Under the pieces are notes generated by a model, which was not told the DNA's origin, made no database searches, and was given only the letters and a program-made list of their open reading frames with translations. The position numbers and the translations under genes are program-made. This document shows positions 62,333 through 64,000 of a DNA stretch of 64,000 bases, one piece after another. How positions within the stretch are numbered: position 1 is the stretch's first letter; every line of letters starts with the position of its first letter. The DNA is taken from assembly GCA_034530615.2 (NCBI GenBank), contig JAVRCV020000006.1:123125-187124 (forward strand). The letters run 5' to 3'. This DNA comes from Aulosira sp. ZfuVER01. Its GTDB lineage: Bacteria > Cyanobacteriota > Cyanobacteriia > Cyanobacteriales > Nostocaceae.

Positions 62333-62376
62333 AGGAGGCACAGGCTTTATTGTTAGAACTTTTTGCAATAACTCTA

Positions 62377-62856
62377 TCAAAAAGATATGCCCAACTTAAA
62401 CCCCAATACTGCATGAAGAAACAGAACACAAAGTGCTGTACTGCCTAAATAAGCATGAATATTACGTAATATCGCTTTATTTCCAGCAAATCCACTTAAA
62501 GAAATTGCACCGTTAATCAGTAGCAGTAACAGCACAATAGAACCTGTAAAAAAATGGGGACTTTCTAGAATTGGTTGATGCTGCATCACCAAAGACATCA
62601 CTCCACCTGTATAACCCGTAGCCAGAAAGAAAAATAGCCAAGGTGCTAGTTTACGATGCTCACTGCGACTTTTAATTGCTGCATCTTTATCTTCAACAAG
62701 TCTTCCCCGCCAACCAGCCAGTCCAACAAAACTACCCATTACAAATACAACAATCGCCATCATCAAGGGATGTCCCCAATGGGTAATTGGTTCAGGGAGT
62801 CCAAGAGAACGAAACCAAGCAGCGATTGGTTCTAGCAACTCGCTCCAATTCAACAT
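62377..62856 (-). CDS. DUF4079 membrane protein (cytochrome b561-like His pattern)
   Basis: WGHP, H..LAP, SPHF, H..LG, HA.LG. Confidence 0.75.
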   Translation of the reverse strand: MLNWSELLEPIAAWFRSLGLPEPITHWGHPLMMAIVVFVMGSFVGLAGWRGRLVEDKDAAIKSRSEHRKLAPWLFFFLATGYTGGVMSLVMQHQPILESPHFFTGSIVLLLLLINGAISLSGFAGNKAILRNIHAYLGSTALCVLFLHAVLGFKLGISF

Positions 62857-62897
62857 TTCTCATACACCCTTACTATTTTCTCTATGAAATAATACCA

Positions 62898-62919
62898 AAC
62901 CTCCCTCAAAAAGGGAGGT
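62898..62919. terminator. Hairpin downstream of glyQ
   Basis: AACCTCCCT-caaa-AGGGAGGTT. Confidence 0.5.
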
Positions 62920-62969
62920 TATAGAGATCTAGCAAAGTTTTAATTATCCTCAGCCTTAATCTGTAGTGT

Positions 62970-63848
62970 TTAACTTACGGCATTTTTGAGCAACGGAAAA
63001 CCCAACTTCTCCCTTTGCTCAACATATAAAGTAGCTACCTTCCTGGCCAAATGTCGAATCCTGGCAATGTAGCGGGTGCGCTCAGTAACTGAAATTACGC
63101 CTCTTGCGTCCAGCAAGTTAAAAGTATGCGAACACTTAATTACATAGTCTAAGCCTGGTAAAACCAATCCTCGCTCCGTCAATTGAGTAGCTTCCTGCTC
63201 ATATAAATTAAACAGTGTCAGCAACATCTCTGGATTCGACGCTTCAAAGTTGTAAGTACACTGTTCAATTTCTGCTTGGAGGAACACATCACCATAAGTA
63301 ATATTGTCCGTCCACTGGATCTTAGTGATGGCTTGCACCTGCTGGAGGTACATTGCCAATCGCTCTAAACCGTATGTAATCTCAATCGACACAGGACGGC
63401 AGTCAATTCCGCCACACTGTTGGAAGTAGGTAAACTGAGTAATTTCCATTCCGTCTAACCACACTTCCCAGCCAGTACCCCAAGCTCCTACTGTCGCATC
63501 TTCCCAGTTATCTTCTACAAACCGAATATCATGGTCTTCCGGACGGATACCTAACGCCCTTAAGGAATCGAGATAAATTTCTTGGATATTATCTGGCGAA
63601 GGTTTAATCAGAACTTGATATTGATAATAGTATTGGAAGCGATTGGGATTTTCACCATAGCGCCCATCTGTAGGACGACGGCACGGTTCAACATACGCTA
63701 CAGCCCAAGGTTCCGGACCCAGCGCTCTTAAAAAAGTATGAGGATTCTTGGTGCCTGCTCCTTTCTCAATATCGTAGGGTTGGGCAATCAAGCAACCGCG
63801 CTCCCCCCAGAATTCATGTAATGAAGCTATTACCGATTGAAAATTCAC
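62970..63848 (-). CDS. glyQ: Glycine-tRNA ligase alpha subunit
   Basis: [43 protein letters not shown]. Confidence 0.97.
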   Translation of the reverse strand: MNFQSVIASLHEFWGERGCLIAQPYDIEKGAGTKNPHTFLRALGPEPWAVAYVEPCRRPTDGRYGENPNRFQYYYQYQVLIKPSPDNIQEIYLDSLRALGIRPEDHDIRFVEDNWEDATVGAWGTGWEVWLDGMEITQFTYFQQCGGIDCRPVSIEITYGLERLAMYLQQVQAITKIQWTDNITYGDVFLQAEIEQCTYNFEASNPEMLLTLFNLYEQEATQLTERGLVLPGLDYVIKCSHTFNLLDARGVISVTERTRYIARIRHLARKVATLYVEQREKLGFPLLKNAVS

Positions 63849-63961
63849 GCTCTACCTTTCCTTCTTCACCACAGTGCATCAACCATTGTTACCTAAACCC
63901 AGCACTGTGAAGAGCTTTGGGACACCAAAATGGAATCGAAAAAAATTTCCGAAAAAAAGAG

Positions 63962-63990
63962 TTGACAAACAATTGGAGGCTCGATATATT
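63962..63990 (+). promoter_or_regulatory. Strong sigma70-type promoter, probably of an rRNA operon beyond the window
   Basis: TTGACA-17 nt-TATATT preceded by A-tracts (UP element-like). Confidence 0.7.
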
Positions 63991-64000
63991 AGATAAGTGC

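Overview
Chromosomal segment of a filamentous, most likely heterocyst-forming (Nostocales-type) cyanobacterium, judged from abundant HIP1 GCGATCGC, 7-mer STRR repeats and psb29/ndhS/cpcT/HCP genes. The backbone is housekeeping: ccsB-ccdA, uxs-ugd, rodA, mrp, hemF, exbBD, ilvD, queG, malic enzyme, pcrA, comEC, glyQ and a probable rRNA-type promoter at the right edge. It also carries a partner-switching set (STAS, RsbW-like kinase, REC-GAF-PP2C) resembling the Nostoc HmpUVW system. Accessory highlights: (1) a co-oriented four-gene cassette of a heme-oxygenase-like diiron enzyme, a PQ-loop/SWEET-like transporter, a Cache-domain hybrid kinase and a REC-kinase, which looks like an undescribed synthase-exporter-receptor signalling system; (2) a 2606-aa secreted phosphorus-scavenging protein whose PhoX-like domain is inserted inside a Calx-beta domain, preceded by a Pho-box-like site and fossils of two paralogues; (3) a sensor kinase whose sensor region was replaced by a 174-bp TIR-bounded element; (4) a PtuA/PtuB (Septu-like) defence pair with no RT; (5) an internally deleted psbA pseudogene; (6) a 24-nt element inserted in frame into a HIP1 site of a kinase gene. 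No tRNA, rRNA or CRISPR array was recognised. All calls come from motif reading by eye, not database searches.
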